Under the pieces are notes generated by a model, which did no database searches, was not told where the DNA came from, and was given only the letters and a program-made list of their open reading frames with translations. This document shows positions 40,834-49,714 of a stretch of DNA of 64,000 nucleotides, piece by piece (the stretch's first letter is position 1; every line of letters starts with the position of its first letter). This DNA is from a virus (lineage: Duplodnaviria > Caudoviricetes), in IMG/VR virus record IMGVR_UViG_3300001525_000092, positions 32,001-96,000 of that record; one strand, given 5' to 3'. Both the position numbers and the translations under genes were made by a program.

Positions 40834-41397
40834 ATGGAAACAAACAACACTAACTTACATATCATGACAGTGACAGGTCCTGACATCAACAATGGACCTG
40901 GTTTTAGAATCACTATATGGGTGTCTGGTTGCACTCACAATTGCTTCAACTGTCAGAACAAGCATACTCATAAGTATGGGCAAGGACACAAGCTAGATGA
41001 CAAGTACAATAACTTGCCATCATATACTTACAGAGACAAGATCATGTCATTAGCATCTGATAACCACATTGATGGAATCACTATATCAGGAGGTGATCCA
41101 TTAGATCAGTCACAGTTTGCATTGGAAGACTTGAGAGACTTCTTGCATGACTTCAGACAGAAGTTTCCTAAGAAGAGTGTATGGCTTTATACAGGATGCA
41201 ACTATGAAGATCTAGAGTACTTTCAGCTACAAGTAGCAAGATATTGTGATGTGATAGTTGATGGAAGATACATAGATGAGCAAAGAGACATCACTATTCC
41301 ATTTAGAGGAAGCAAGAACCAACGCATCATAGATGTGAAGAAATCAATGAGAGAAGGTAGAACCATAACAATAGATGACAATGAATTCAAAGTGTGA
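40834..41397 (+). CDS. nrdG: Anaerobic RNR activating radical SAM enzyme
   Basis: NGPGFR, CTHNCFNC, GITISGGDP, DGRY, FRGSKNQR. Confidence 0.95.
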   Translation: METNNTNLHIMTVTGPDINNGPGFRITIWVSGCTHNCFNCQNKHTHKYGQGHKLDDKYNNLPSYTYRDKIMSLASDNHIDGITISGGDPLDQSQFALEDLRDFLHDFRQKFPKKSVWLYTGCNYEDLEYFQLQVARYCDVIVDGRYIDEQRDITIPFRGSKNQRIIDVKKSMREGRTITIDDNEFKV

Positions 41398-41581
41398 GGA
41401 ATTGATAGAAGGACAAAAGCAAAGAATCATTGACTTATGCAAAGAAAGATATCCAGACAGTATGGATGTTGCAGAGATAGGCATGCGAACTGGATGGAAG
41501 ATCAATAAGCAGATAGTTGATGACTTGGTTAATGATGGAATAATTGAGTGGGATGACATGACTAGAATAAGAATTGCATAA
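41381..41581 (+). CDS. Small winged-helix-like protein
   Basis: VAEIGMRTG...IVDDLVNDGII pattern. Confidence 0.4.
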   Translation: MNSKCEELIEGQKQRIIDLCKERYPDSMDVAEIGMRTGWKINKQIVDDLVNDGIIEWDDMTRIRIA

Positions 41582-41691
41582 AAATGAATAAAAAGTGCAT
41601 GAAAATTTGAACTTAGTTGTAATTAGTTTGAAATTTCATGCACTTGTTCTATATTATTCATGTCAAACAATTAAAATACTTTATAATTATT

Positions 41692-41949
41692 ATGGGACAG
41701 ACGAAAGACTTCTTTGGAACACCAATCAAGATAGGTGATGTAGTAGCACTCACAGATCCTGAGAGCTCAAGAAAGACATTCATAACAGGTGTCATCAAAG
41801 AAATCACACAGAATGGTATTTGGGTACTAGTAGAGATACCATATCCTTGGTTCAATGAAGAAGAGGAAATTTCTGAAGACAACCACCCTTACTATCTTTA
41901 CAAGAAGAAAGCTTCGGGAGTCATTTATTCACCTTTAAACAAAGACTAA
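41692..41949 (+). CDS. Small SH3/KOW-like hypothetical protein
   Basis: DFFGTPIKIGDVV; follows the promoter at 41627-41655. Confidence 0.5.
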   Translation: MGQTKDFFGTPIKIGDVVALTDPESSRKTFITGVIKEITQNGIWVLVEIPYPWFNEEEEISEDNHPYYLYKKKASGVIYSPLNKD

Positions 41950-41951
41950 TC

Positions 41952-42152
41952 ATGGTAGACTATTTTGGAAATGAGTTGCATATAGGAGACATTGTTGCTT
42001 TTGTTCCTCCTTATGTAGAATCTAAGTCATTTGAGACCGGAAAAGTGATAGAGTTCACCAAGAAGATGGTGAGAGTAGAATATCATCACAGAAATGATTT
42101 GTGTCCTAGCTATGTGTTGAAGTACCCTACTGGACTTATATTGAAGAAATAA
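41952..42152 (+). CDS. Small SH3/KOW-like hypothetical protein
   Basis: DYFGNELHIGDIV. Confidence 0.5.
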   Translation: MVDYFGNELHIGDIVAFVPPYVESKSFETGKVIEFTKKMVRVEYHHRNDLCPSYVLKYPTGLILKK

Positions 42153-42313
42153 GAATATGATGACAGAATTCATAAAGAAAATAATAGTTGGATTGATAGC
42201 AATATTTGTGTTCAACTTCTTCTTGAGTGCGTTTGGGACATTCATCATGAACATTATCTTTGCTATGATTGGAATTATCATTTATGATTTGATTAATAAC
42301 GGCACAAACAACA

Positions 42314-42952
42314 ATGGAAAAGCTTATATATAAGATTACAAAGAACATTCCTGGCTTCACTTACAAGCCTAACACAGAGTTTCATGTCATCAACAATGAA
42401 GTGTATGTTAGAGAATATAGCTTCTCAAGATATCTTCCTATGAAGAGAAATGAAGAGTTTGATAAGTTCAATTTTGATGCTTTTGTTGACATGGGCATGA
42501 TGACAAGAGAAGCAACAGACCTTCCTAACTGTGAATGGAAAGAAGGTGACTTAGTTGTCTATAATAGATATGGACTAGAATACTTCAACTCTAACTTCAG
42601 CATCAATCCTAAGAAGACAAAGAATGAAGTCTGTTCTGTCATCTCTACTCCTATTCTTGAAGGAAAGAATATAGTATATGTCACAATCAAGAATGTGATG
42701 GATGGAAGAGAACATAAAGTGAAGATGACACAGTTGCTAGCTCCTTCCAAGAAGTACTGGTTCATTGACAGTCATGGCAACATTAAGATGACTTACTTCT
42801 GGCTGAATCCATTAGAAGACAGGTATCGCATTGCTAACAAGAATGTGTTTGTTTCTCATGATGCTAGTCTGCGAGCAAGAGAAAACATTTATAAGAAAGA
42901 GATGAAGAACATTGAAGAACTTAAAGAATTTGTGATGTCATGGAAGAGCTGA
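42314..42952 (+). CDS. Hypothetical protein
   Basis: 212-aa ORF. Confidence 0.6.
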   Translation: MEKLIYKITKNIPGFTYKPNTEFHVINNEVYVREYSFSRYLPMKRNEEFDKFNFDAFVDMGMMTREATDLPNCEWKEGDLVVYNRYGLEYFNSNFSINPKKTKNEVCSVISTPILEGKNIVYVTIKNVMDGREHKVKMTQLLAPSKKYWFIDSHGNIKMTYFWLNPLEDRYRIANKNVFVSHDASLRARENIYKKEMKNIEELKEFVMSWKS

Positions 42953-43380
42953 TGATTTATCTTAGTACTGTGATTGGCCTCAGTCTTCTTCTGATGATTC
43001 CACTTTACTTCAATATTAGATCACTTAAGAAGACTAAGAAAGAAGTAGAAGACAGAAATGTTGCACTTCATATCATATACAGCATACCTTATCGACAGAA
43101 AGATGGGAAAGAGATGCTTATCTTCATGAAAGCAGATGGAAACAAGAAGAACGGAACAACAATAGGCATCAGATGCCGCTCAGATTGTTTCTGTGTTCAA
43201 GAAGAGTATGATGAGAGAGACATGAAGTTCTATGCTCAGCTTATCAAAGAAGGCTACTATAGAGTAGATGACAATTACAAGAATTGCAAAGATTGGTATC
43301 AATATTCAATTAATGGGAACATATATGATGGAACATGGAAAGAATGCATCAAGTCTAGGAAACGGAATTCCTCTAAATAA
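42940..43380 (+). CDS. Membrane-anchored hypothetical protein
   Basis: N-terminal TM. Confidence 0.5.
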   Translation: MEELMIYLSTVIGLSLLLMIPLYFNIRSLKKTKKEVEDRNVALHIIYSIPYRQKDGKEMLIFMKADGNKKNGTTIGIRCRSDCFCVQEEYDERDMKFYAQLIKEGYYRVDDNYKNCKDWYQYSINGNIYDGTWKECIKSRKRNSSK

Positions 43381-43726
43381 GTTCAATCTTGAGATAGTGT
43401 TGAAGGCTATCTTATGGTATGGGTCTGGTTGTCATGGACGCATAACATCCATATCATTCAATGTAGTCAAGAGCATATTTGAGATTGACAATGCAAGAGA
43501 TCTCCAGAAGCTATACAACATGCTAGACTTGAACTCAGAAGAGCTTGGTGTGTACAGTGTGTGCTTTGCTGACAATAATATAGAGATGGAGAACATGTCA
43601 GAAGCACCAGTTGCATTGCTGAATACATCGCGGTCACTTGCCATGCGTGCTATCGTGTACTCCCAAAAAGATGATCTTGATGACATATCAATAAGTGTGT
43701 CTGACTTCATGAATGACTTGCTTTGA
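43268..43726 (+). CDS. Hypothetical protein (start uncertain)
   Basis: Phage-like codon usage from about 43354; overlaps the upstream ORF. Confidence 0.4.
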   Translation: MTITRIAKIGINIQLMGTYMMEHGKNASSLGNGIPLNKFNLEIVLKAILWYGSGCHGRITSISFNVVKSIFEIDNARDLQKLYNMLDLNSEELGVYSVCFADNNIEMENMSEAPVALLNTSRSLAMRAIVYSQKDDLDDISISVSDFMNDLL

Positions 43727-43729
43727 AAA

Positions 43730-43826
43730 AATGCCGCTGGCGGCCTTGAAATTCTCACCCTAATATAATTTATATCTCAAGCTATTTCGCGGCCGCCAGC
43801 GTCACGCAGCGACCCCTAGCGGCATT
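43730..43826 (-). repeat. Dispersed GC-rich element, copy D
   Basis: Reverse orientation; ends AATGCCGCT / AGCGGCATT are complementary. Confidence 0.95.
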
Positions 43827-43956
43827 CTATGACTACTTCTTAGAAGTAACAATTAAAATATTTTAGAAAAAAGTTGAAAATTATTTGAAATTATAAGAAA
43901 CATTACTATATTATACACGTAAACAATAAAACATTAACAATTCAATTCTTATAATT

Positions 43957-44238
43957 ATGAATACAGTTTCAACTTCGGCATCAGTAAACAACACAGTAAA
44001 GAACATCTCCGCTAACTTCAAGAAGTTCTCTCTTGATGAAGCAAAGAAGAAAGGAACTAAGATAGTTACAAGAGATGGAAAGAGAGTTACTTTTGTATGT
44101 GTCTCAAGAGACAAGATTGTTGCAATCGTCCACTCAAACTTTGCTTCTTATCAGGACAAGCAATACAAGTTCAACCTTGATGGCTCACGGTACTCTAGCA
44201 ATCTCATTCACAATCTTGACTTGATGATTGCAGCTTAA
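43957..44238 (+). CDS. Hypothetical protein
   Basis: Follows the promoter at 43884-43912. Confidence 0.6.
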   Translation: MNTVSTSASVNNTVKNISANFKKFSLDEAKKKGTKIVTRDGKRVTFVCVSRDKIVAIVHSNFASYQDKQYKFNLDGSRYSSNLIHNLDLMIAA

Positions 44239-44317
44239 CAACTCTACTTTCACTTACTTTCACTTATACTAATACATAACATAACATAATATAATATAAT
44301 TTTAATTTAGAAGAAGC

Positions 44318-44692
44318 ATGAAGAAGATCATCATCACATTAGCGCTCACTTTAGTATCAACACTTGCATTTTCTACTACATACAAGACTATCAACTACAA
44401 TACTGACAATGTTCCAGTCCATGAGTATGAGTCTGTTGAGAATGTTGACTACTGGGTATCTGTCTTGAAGTTCATCTCTGATGCACAGAAGACATCACAA
44501 GACAAAGTAGTCATCAAGTATGATGGAAAGTGGAAGTATGTCATTCCAAATGCAGAGTCACTCATCCAACTTGACATCATCATCTCTCACTTGACTTCCG
44601 GCTCATCTATCAAAGATGGATCATTCTCAGCTAACATGAAGAAAGCTTTTGACATTGCAAAGAAAGATGGATTGATTGTGACAATCAAGTAA
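44318..44692 (+). CDS. Secreted hypothetical protein
   Basis: Signal peptide MKKIIITLALTLVSTLAFS. Confidence 0.6.
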   Translation: MKKIIITLALTLVSTLAFSTTYKTINYNTDNVPVHEYESVENVDYWVSVLKFISDAQKTSQDKVVIKYDGKWKYVIPNAESLIQLDIIISHLTSGSSIKDGSFSANMKKAFDIAKKDGLIVTIK

Positions 44693-44713
44693 TCAACTAA
44701 CTACATAAAACAG

Positions 44714-44755
44714 ATCGCAAATTTAACATCTATATACAATTGTTAAATTTGCGAT
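44714..44755. terminator. Inverted repeat between convergent genes
   Basis: ATCGCAAATTTAACA-N12-TGTTAAATTTGCGAT. Confidence 0.65.
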
Positions 44756-44845
44756 TTGGGCGTTTATTTTTCTCGTACCTTATAAATTATATACTTAAGG
44801 TATTTCGCGGCCGCCAACGGCGCCCAGCGACTCCTGGCGTCATCT
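44745..44845 (-). repeat. Dispersed GC-rich element, copy E (variant with a diverged distal arm)
   Basis: GATGACGCCAGGAGTCGCTGGGCGCCGTTGGCGGCCGCGAAATA retained; overlaps the stop codon of the 44840-45187 gene. Confidence 0.9.
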
Positions 44846-45187
44846 CATAGAACGTTTAGTCAATCGGTATTTGTCACCATCTTTTATGATGCGATAGAAA
44901 GTCCAGTTTGATGACTTCATCCATCCATAAGTTGATATGTCTTTCTTTGTCTCATAGCTTCTCATTGGACTGTACACCCATTGGACAGGATAGATAGCAA
45001 GAGTGTCTGCTATGCATACACTGTCTATGAATCTTCTGTCTACTATAGTGTCTAAGTCGTATTGCATTGTCTCATTGACTGTCTCTCTAGGACTAGAGCA
45101 GCCTATGAAGAAGAATGAGACTATCAATAGTATCATGATTATCCATGTGATGATAGTAGCTTGCATCTGTGAAAGTTCTTTCTTCAT
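44840..45187 (-). CDS. Lipoprotein, hypothetical
   Basis: Hydrophobic stretch then FIGC. Confidence 0.55.
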   Translation of the reverse strand: MKKELSQMQATIITWIIMILLIVSFFFIGCSSPRETVNETMQYDLDTIVDRRFIDSVCIADTLAIYPVQWVYSPMRSYETKKDISTYGWMKSSNWTFYRIIKDGDKYRLTKRSMR

Positions 45188-45229
45188 TTGAATTTTTAAC
45201 TAAATATATAGTTGATTAATAATTAAAGT

Positions 45230-45850
45230 ATGAGAATGCTAGGTTGCAAAGCGTCTAAGATAGATGCATCAGACAAGATTCTAAATAGAAACTTGACTAA
45301 CAAGATACCATCCACTTACTCTTTTGAGAAGTTCTTGTCTCCTGTCCAAGACCAAGGATCAACTAACATGTGCGTGACTTATGCATTGTCATCCTTCTTG
45401 AACTGGGTGACAGACATGAAGTGCAAGACACCAAACAAAGACAATGCCATTGACTTAGATTCTATATATAGTGCTAGATCAGACAAGAAGAATGACAATG
45501 GAATGTCAATAAAAGAAGCATTGTCTTATGTGAGGAATCATGGAGTGAAGTCTAAGTCAGGAAAGCTGACAATCAATGACTATGCTGTGATAGGAAGCAT
45601 GCAGATACTGAAGCAAGCAATAGTATGCAATGGTCCTGTTCTGATAGCACTTCCTGTCTATGATAGCTCTAGAAACGACTTTTGGAATGGTGCCGAGCTT
45701 GAAGGTGGCCATTGTGTTGCTGTAGTAGGATATGACAATGATGGATTCATTATCAGAAATAGCTGGGGCAGAAGCTATGGAAAGAATGGATACTGGACAT
45801 TGCCTTATTCCGACTTCACCAAAGTGAGAGAAATCTGGACCATCATATAG
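45230..45850 (+). CDS. Papain-like cysteine peptidase (C1 family)
   Basis: VQDQGSTNMC, GGHCVAVVGY, IIRNSWG. Confidence 0.9.
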   Translation: MRMLGCKASKIDASDKILNRNLTNKIPSTYSFEKFLSPVQDQGSTNMCVTYALSSFLNWVTDMKCKTPNKDNAIDLDSIYSARSDKKNDNGMSIKEALSYVRNHGVKSKSGKLTINDYAVIGSMQILKQAIVCNGPVLIALPVYDSSRNDFWNGAELEGGHCVAVVGYDNDGFIIRNSWGRSYGKNGYWTLPYSDFTKVREIWTII

Positions 45851-45857
45851 AAATGAC

Positions 45858-45887
45858 AAAAGAGAGTACTGAGTACTCTCTTTTTTT
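45858..45887. terminator. Bidirectional terminator
   Basis: AAAAGAGAGTACT-G-AGTACTCTCTTTT between convergent genes. Confidence 0.8.
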
Positions 45888-45889
45888 AG

Positions 45890-46171
45890 TTAGAACTTTG
45901 GTATGGACACTTTAGGCATAGCTGGCATGCTCATCTTAGGCATGCTAGGCATCTTAGGTGTTCTCATTTTCTGTTCTCGCTCTTGCTTCTTGTTCTCTTC
46001 TTCCTGTTGCTTCTGTATTTCTTTTATGTTGGCTAAATAGTCTTCATATATGAAATACATCATGCTGAGAATCTCAGAAGGAGCTATGTGATACTCCTTA
46101 CTGATGTAAAGCTGATTTCGAACCAAATTTCTTGTGTCTATTCTGAACAGCAAATAAGTCGCGGACTCCAT
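45890..46171 (-). CDS. Baseplate hub assembly partner (T4 gp51-like)
   Basis: HIAPSEILSMMYFIYEDY resembles gp51 / tail-chaperone T-region motifs; overlaps the gp26-like gene. Confidence 0.5.
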   Translation of the reverse strand: MESATYLLFRIDTRNLVRNQLYISKEYHIAPSEILSMMYFIYEDYLANIKEIQKQQEEENKKQEREQKMRTPKMPSMPKMSMPAMPKVSIPKF

Positions 46172-47183
46172 TTGGAAATCGGATCTGTGATGTCACCTCC
46201 TCTCCACAAGATGGACATGTTGCTTTCAGTGTAGTAGCAGGTGTCACTGCAATGTTAGCAATCACATCATTCCAGAAGCTGAACTCATCGATGTCCCATG
46301 AGTCGAACTGCAACTTATATTGCTTTATTTGTCTCTTAGAGATTTCTGGATCTTTGCTTATCTTAGGTGCTACCCATGACAAGAACTTGATGAACACCGG
46401 ATCAATCTTCGCATTTCGATTCTCTTGCAATCTACGAATCATCCAGGCTTTGATGTTGGCTTCTTTCTCAAGAGTAGGAACATAGAATGTCATAGGCTCA
46501 CCTTCAACATCATACTCAGTAGGATCAATCACCCATGTTCTAGTCTCTCTGTCAAAGTACTGGATAATCTCAGGATCAGGCAAGTCATACATCAGTGCAT
46601 CATAAGTGAGTGTGAACTTGACATCATTCTCACAGTTGACACACTCTTCTGTATAAGTGATCTCTTGCTCACCTGTAGCAAATGTATATCGTCTAATCAA
46701 TAGAATGAAGAAGAATCTGTCCCAGGAATTGACATTGTACCATGGCAATGGACTGTCATCACCCCTCTTTATTGACAGACATGACTTCAATACTTCATTG
46801 AAGACATCATCTATAGAGTTGCCGTTCTGATCATCTATCATAGACCAGTTTCTGATAGCTTCTACTGTCGCAGGTCTGATATAGAACTTCCAATCAGATG
46901 GATAGAATATGTCTCTGTCACCAAGAAGCTCTCTGTCTACCGGAAGCCATCCTTCACGAATCTCCGCATTCTTGAGAATGTTGCCACCTATTCCAGTAAG
47001 CTTCTTCTCTCTCATAGTCTTGTCCATTCTCTCATTAGCTTCTTTCTGTCCAGGTGCTTGTCCTGGAATATGATTGAGCTTACCAAGAGAATGTGGCTGC
47101 TCAACAGGTGCTTCTTCTTTGAATTCTGGAATCTGTCCTGCTAATGTTTCTTCAATGTTCTCGTTGTTTACTTTCTTGCTCAT
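46098..47183 (-). CDS. Baseplate hub assembly protein (T4 gp26-like)
   Basis: YIRPATV, WDRFFFILLIRRYTF, CVNC and CPSCG Zn motifs. Confidence 0.65.
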   Translation of the reverse strand: MSKKVNNENIEETLAGQIPEFKEEAPVEQPHSLGKLNHIPGQAPGQKEANERMDKTMREKKLTGIGGNILKNAEIREGWLPVDRELLGDRDIFYPSDWKFYIRPATVEAIRNWSMIDDQNGNSIDDVFNEVLKSCLSIKRGDDSPLPWYNVNSWDRFFFILLIRRYTFATGEQEITYTEECVNCENDVKFTLTYDALMYDLPDPEIIQYFDRETRTWVIDPTEYDVEGEPMTFYVPTLEKEANIKAWMIRRLQENRNAKIDPVFIKFLSWVAPKISKDPEISKRQIKQYKLQFDSWDIDEFSFWNDVIANIAVTPATTLKATCPSCGEEVTSQIRFPNGVRDLFAVQNRHKKFGSKSALHQ

Positions 47184-47247
47184 GTTTTATATACTTTGAT
47201 ATATTAGAATTTACAGTAGTTTTCTACTTAAGAATAACAAAAATTAT

Positions 47248-48957
47248 TTAGAACACTTGCTCATACTTGCTAGCATGAACTATGACATTTCCTCCACACA
47301 ATGACTTCTTGATGTTCTCTTTCTCTATCTTCTTGTCTACCAATGACACTCTTACTTTATGAGAAAACCAATCATCTTTGAGAGGACCATGATTCACTAC
47401 CCATACACTCCTGTCTTTGGACATGTTCTTCTTTATCATCTCAAGCATCATGTCTTTCATGTTGTCATCCATGTTAGAGAAAAGCTCATCTAATCCAAGT
47501 ACATTGAAGTTCACATTAGCTATCACATTTTGCAATATTCCAAATATGATGCAGATGTCTAGTGTCTTCTTCTGGCCTGTAGACAAGTCTTTGTAAGATA
47601 TCTCTTTCTCGTTGTTGTCAATGAATATGTGACACTTGAACTCCTGGTCAAACTTCACTGTATAGTTCTGTTCTAGCTTATTTAAGAAGACTGATATGCA
47701 ATTGTTGATGTGTGGTATCATGTTGTCAAGAAGCTTGTAACGCAATGACTTAGTGAACAAGTCAGACAAGTCATTCCACTCACCTTGCTCTTTCTCATTG
47801 TCTATTGACTCTTGCATCAATTTCTCTTTCTTCTCTTCTGCTTCTTTAATGAGAGAATCAAAGTTGTCACTCATGAGCTTCATGTTAGAGTTGTATGTTG
47901 ATACTTTAGTGACAATGGAATGTATCTCAGACTTGATGTCACTTATCACTCTATCATACTTACTGTTGATGTTGTCTATAGTGTTGTTCTTTTCTTGGAT
48001 TGCTTTAGACAACTCTTCTACTTTGTCATCCCATGCATGCCAATCTGTTGCATATTGATTAATGTTCTTCAAGTACTCATCTATCTTTGACTTTTCTATA
48101 GAATGTCCACAAGTAGGACACTTTCCTGACTTGAACTTCTCATACATCTGCTTATACTGCTTTCCATTTACTGCAGCTTCTGTTCTCTTCTCTTTATATA
48201 TAGATCTCTCATTCTCTAGTACAGTTTTCTCTTCTCTTACTTCATCTATCTTGTCTTGTTGTTCTTTCTTAATCTTCTTTCCTTGTTCTATAAGTTCTTC
48301 TCTTCTTTTGTCTAGACCAGTTATGTCTATGGAAGTAGAAAGTTTCTTCTGTTGATTCTCTTTCTTTATGTTAAGAGACTGTATCTGGCTTTCTGTTTCT
48401 TGTATCAATGCTTGGAGCTCTGTTCCTCTCTTCACTACATCTCTTTTCTCTTCTATTACCTCATCATTGTAGTCTGTGAATGTCTTGAATCCAAACACAT
48501 CATCTAAGAAGCACTTTGTCTGATATGGGTTCATCTGTGCTAGTGACATGAACTGGTTGAATGATATGATGCACATTCTCTCTACTGCCATCTTAGGCAC
48601 ATCATAGTACTCTTCTAGAATCTTCTGATAGTCATTCTTAGACGGTGCTTGAAGTGGTTTTCCGTCTATGATAGCTTCCATCTCACTATAGCATTGTCTA
48701 GATATGTAGATGTCATGCTTTCCGGAAGTAAGCCAGAGCTCTATCTTGTAGTCTCTTGTGTTCCATGCTATTAAGTTTGGATTCTTGTGATCTTTGATAG
48801 TTCCATAGAGACCAAAGAGAATTCCCTCAAAAAGTGATGTCTTGCCGCTTCCTATTGGACCAGAAAGCTTGATCATTCCATTCAATTCATTGAAGTCAAA
48901 CTCTTGTGTTCCATATATCGACTTGAAGTTTGTTATCTTAATCTTGTTAATTCTCAT
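47248..48957 (-). CDS. Recombination ATPase subunit (gp46/SbcC/Rad50)
   Basis: GPIGSGKT, Zn hook CPTC, LSTGQK, LGLDELFS. Confidence 0.92.
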   Translation of the reverse strand: MRINKIKITNFKSIYGTQEFDFNELNGMIKLSGPIGSGKTSLFEGILFGLYGTIKDHKNPNLIAWNTRDYKIELWLTSGKHDIYISRQCYSEMEAIIDGKPLQAPSKNDYQKILEEYYDVPKMAVERMCIISFNQFMSLAQMNPYQTKCFLDDVFGFKTFTDYNDEVIEEKRDVVKRGTELQALIQETESQIQSLNIKKENQQKKLSTSIDITGLDKRREELIEQGKKIKKEQQDKIDEVREEKTVLENERSIYKEKRTEAAVNGKQYKQMYEKFKSGKCPTCGHSIEKSKIDEYLKNINQYATDWHAWDDKVEELSKAIQEKNNTIDNINSKYDRVISDIKSEIHSIVTKVSTYNSNMKLMSDNFDSLIKEAEEKKEKLMQESIDNEKEQGEWNDLSDLFTKSLRYKLLDNMIPHINNCISVFLNKLEQNYTVKFDQEFKCHIFIDNNEKEISYKDLSTGQKKTLDICIIFGILQNVIANVNFNVLGLDELFSNMDDNMKDMMLEMIKKNMSKDRSVWVVNHGPLKDDWFSHKVRVSLVDKKIEKENIKKSLCGGNVIVHASKYEQVF

Positions 48958-49700
48958 TTCACTTTCTTTATGTATTTACTAGGTATGTTGTTATAACAGT
49001 ATATTGCACCTTCTTCCATTGTCTCATCATGATACATAGGTATCTCATGATTATGAAGATTTACTTTTAAAATAGAAATGTTGTTAAGATTTTCTTCTCC
49101 GGTGACTTCTTTCATGAACACTTCAATATTATCTATATCTTTTATTTTCTTGATAGAAGAATAAAGATATATCCTTCTTGGAAAGTATCGATAAGTACCT
49201 TCTTTGATTCTCAATCCATTCTTCAATATGGAATTAGCTTTAGATTTTGTAGTGAAGTGATATAGTTGCCCATGATTTTTATTGTATACGAGTTCATCCG
49301 CTCTATCAGACTTCACAGGGTTGACATAAGCTTTTCTGCTATCTTGTTGTGTGACATCATATCCATAAAACTCAATTAAGTCATAGAAATTATCATCATT
49401 GAAATCTATGTTGCTTACTATTATTCCTCCTTTCTTAAGTCTTTTTCCTTCTAAAGCTCTATCTATCTTGATATTAGGATATGTGGACTTGAGTTTCTTT
49501 ATCAATAGTTCTGTATCATGGGTATTTAAGTTCTCTAGTATGTAGTCACAATTTATTCCATTTTCTATATCTTCTAACACATTAGAAGGAATTCCTAAGT
49601 CACCATAGTATTCTTCTAGCAATGACTTTTTATGAAGTATTCTGAAATATGTATCTGACACTGACAATGATTCTTCTAGTTGGTGCATCAAAGTTTTCAT
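48954..49700 (-). CDS. ADP-ribosyltransferase-fold protein (Tpt1/KptA C-terminal-like)
   Basis: LYHFTT...SILKNGL...RIYL...NIPSKYI; N-terminus MKTLMHQLEES; more AT-rich than its neighbours. Confidence 0.6.
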   Translation of the reverse strand: MKTLMHQLEESLSVSDTYFRILHKKSLLEEYYGDLGIPSNVLEDIENGINCDYILENLNTHDTELLIKKLKSTYPNIKIDRALEGKRLKKGGIIVSNIDFNDDNFYDLIEFYGYDVTQQDSRKAYVNPVKSDRADELVYNKNHGQLYHFTTKSKANSILKNGLRIKEGTYRYFPRRIYLYSSIKKIKDIDNIEVFMKEVTGEENLNNISILKVNLHNHEIPMYHDETMEEGAIYCYNNIPSKYIKKVK

Positions 49701-49714
49701 TTTTCTTTCTCTAT

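Noticed and set aside
43268-43380. Possible frameshift joining ORFs 42940-43380 and 43268-43726
   Set aside because: A 1-nt deletion near 43353 would fuse them, but there is no slippery tract and alternative ATGs exist; unsupported without homologs.
44245-44300. Short tandem repeats (TACTTTCACT x2, ATAAC/ATAAT runs)
   Set aside because: Low-complexity intergenic sequence with no evident function.
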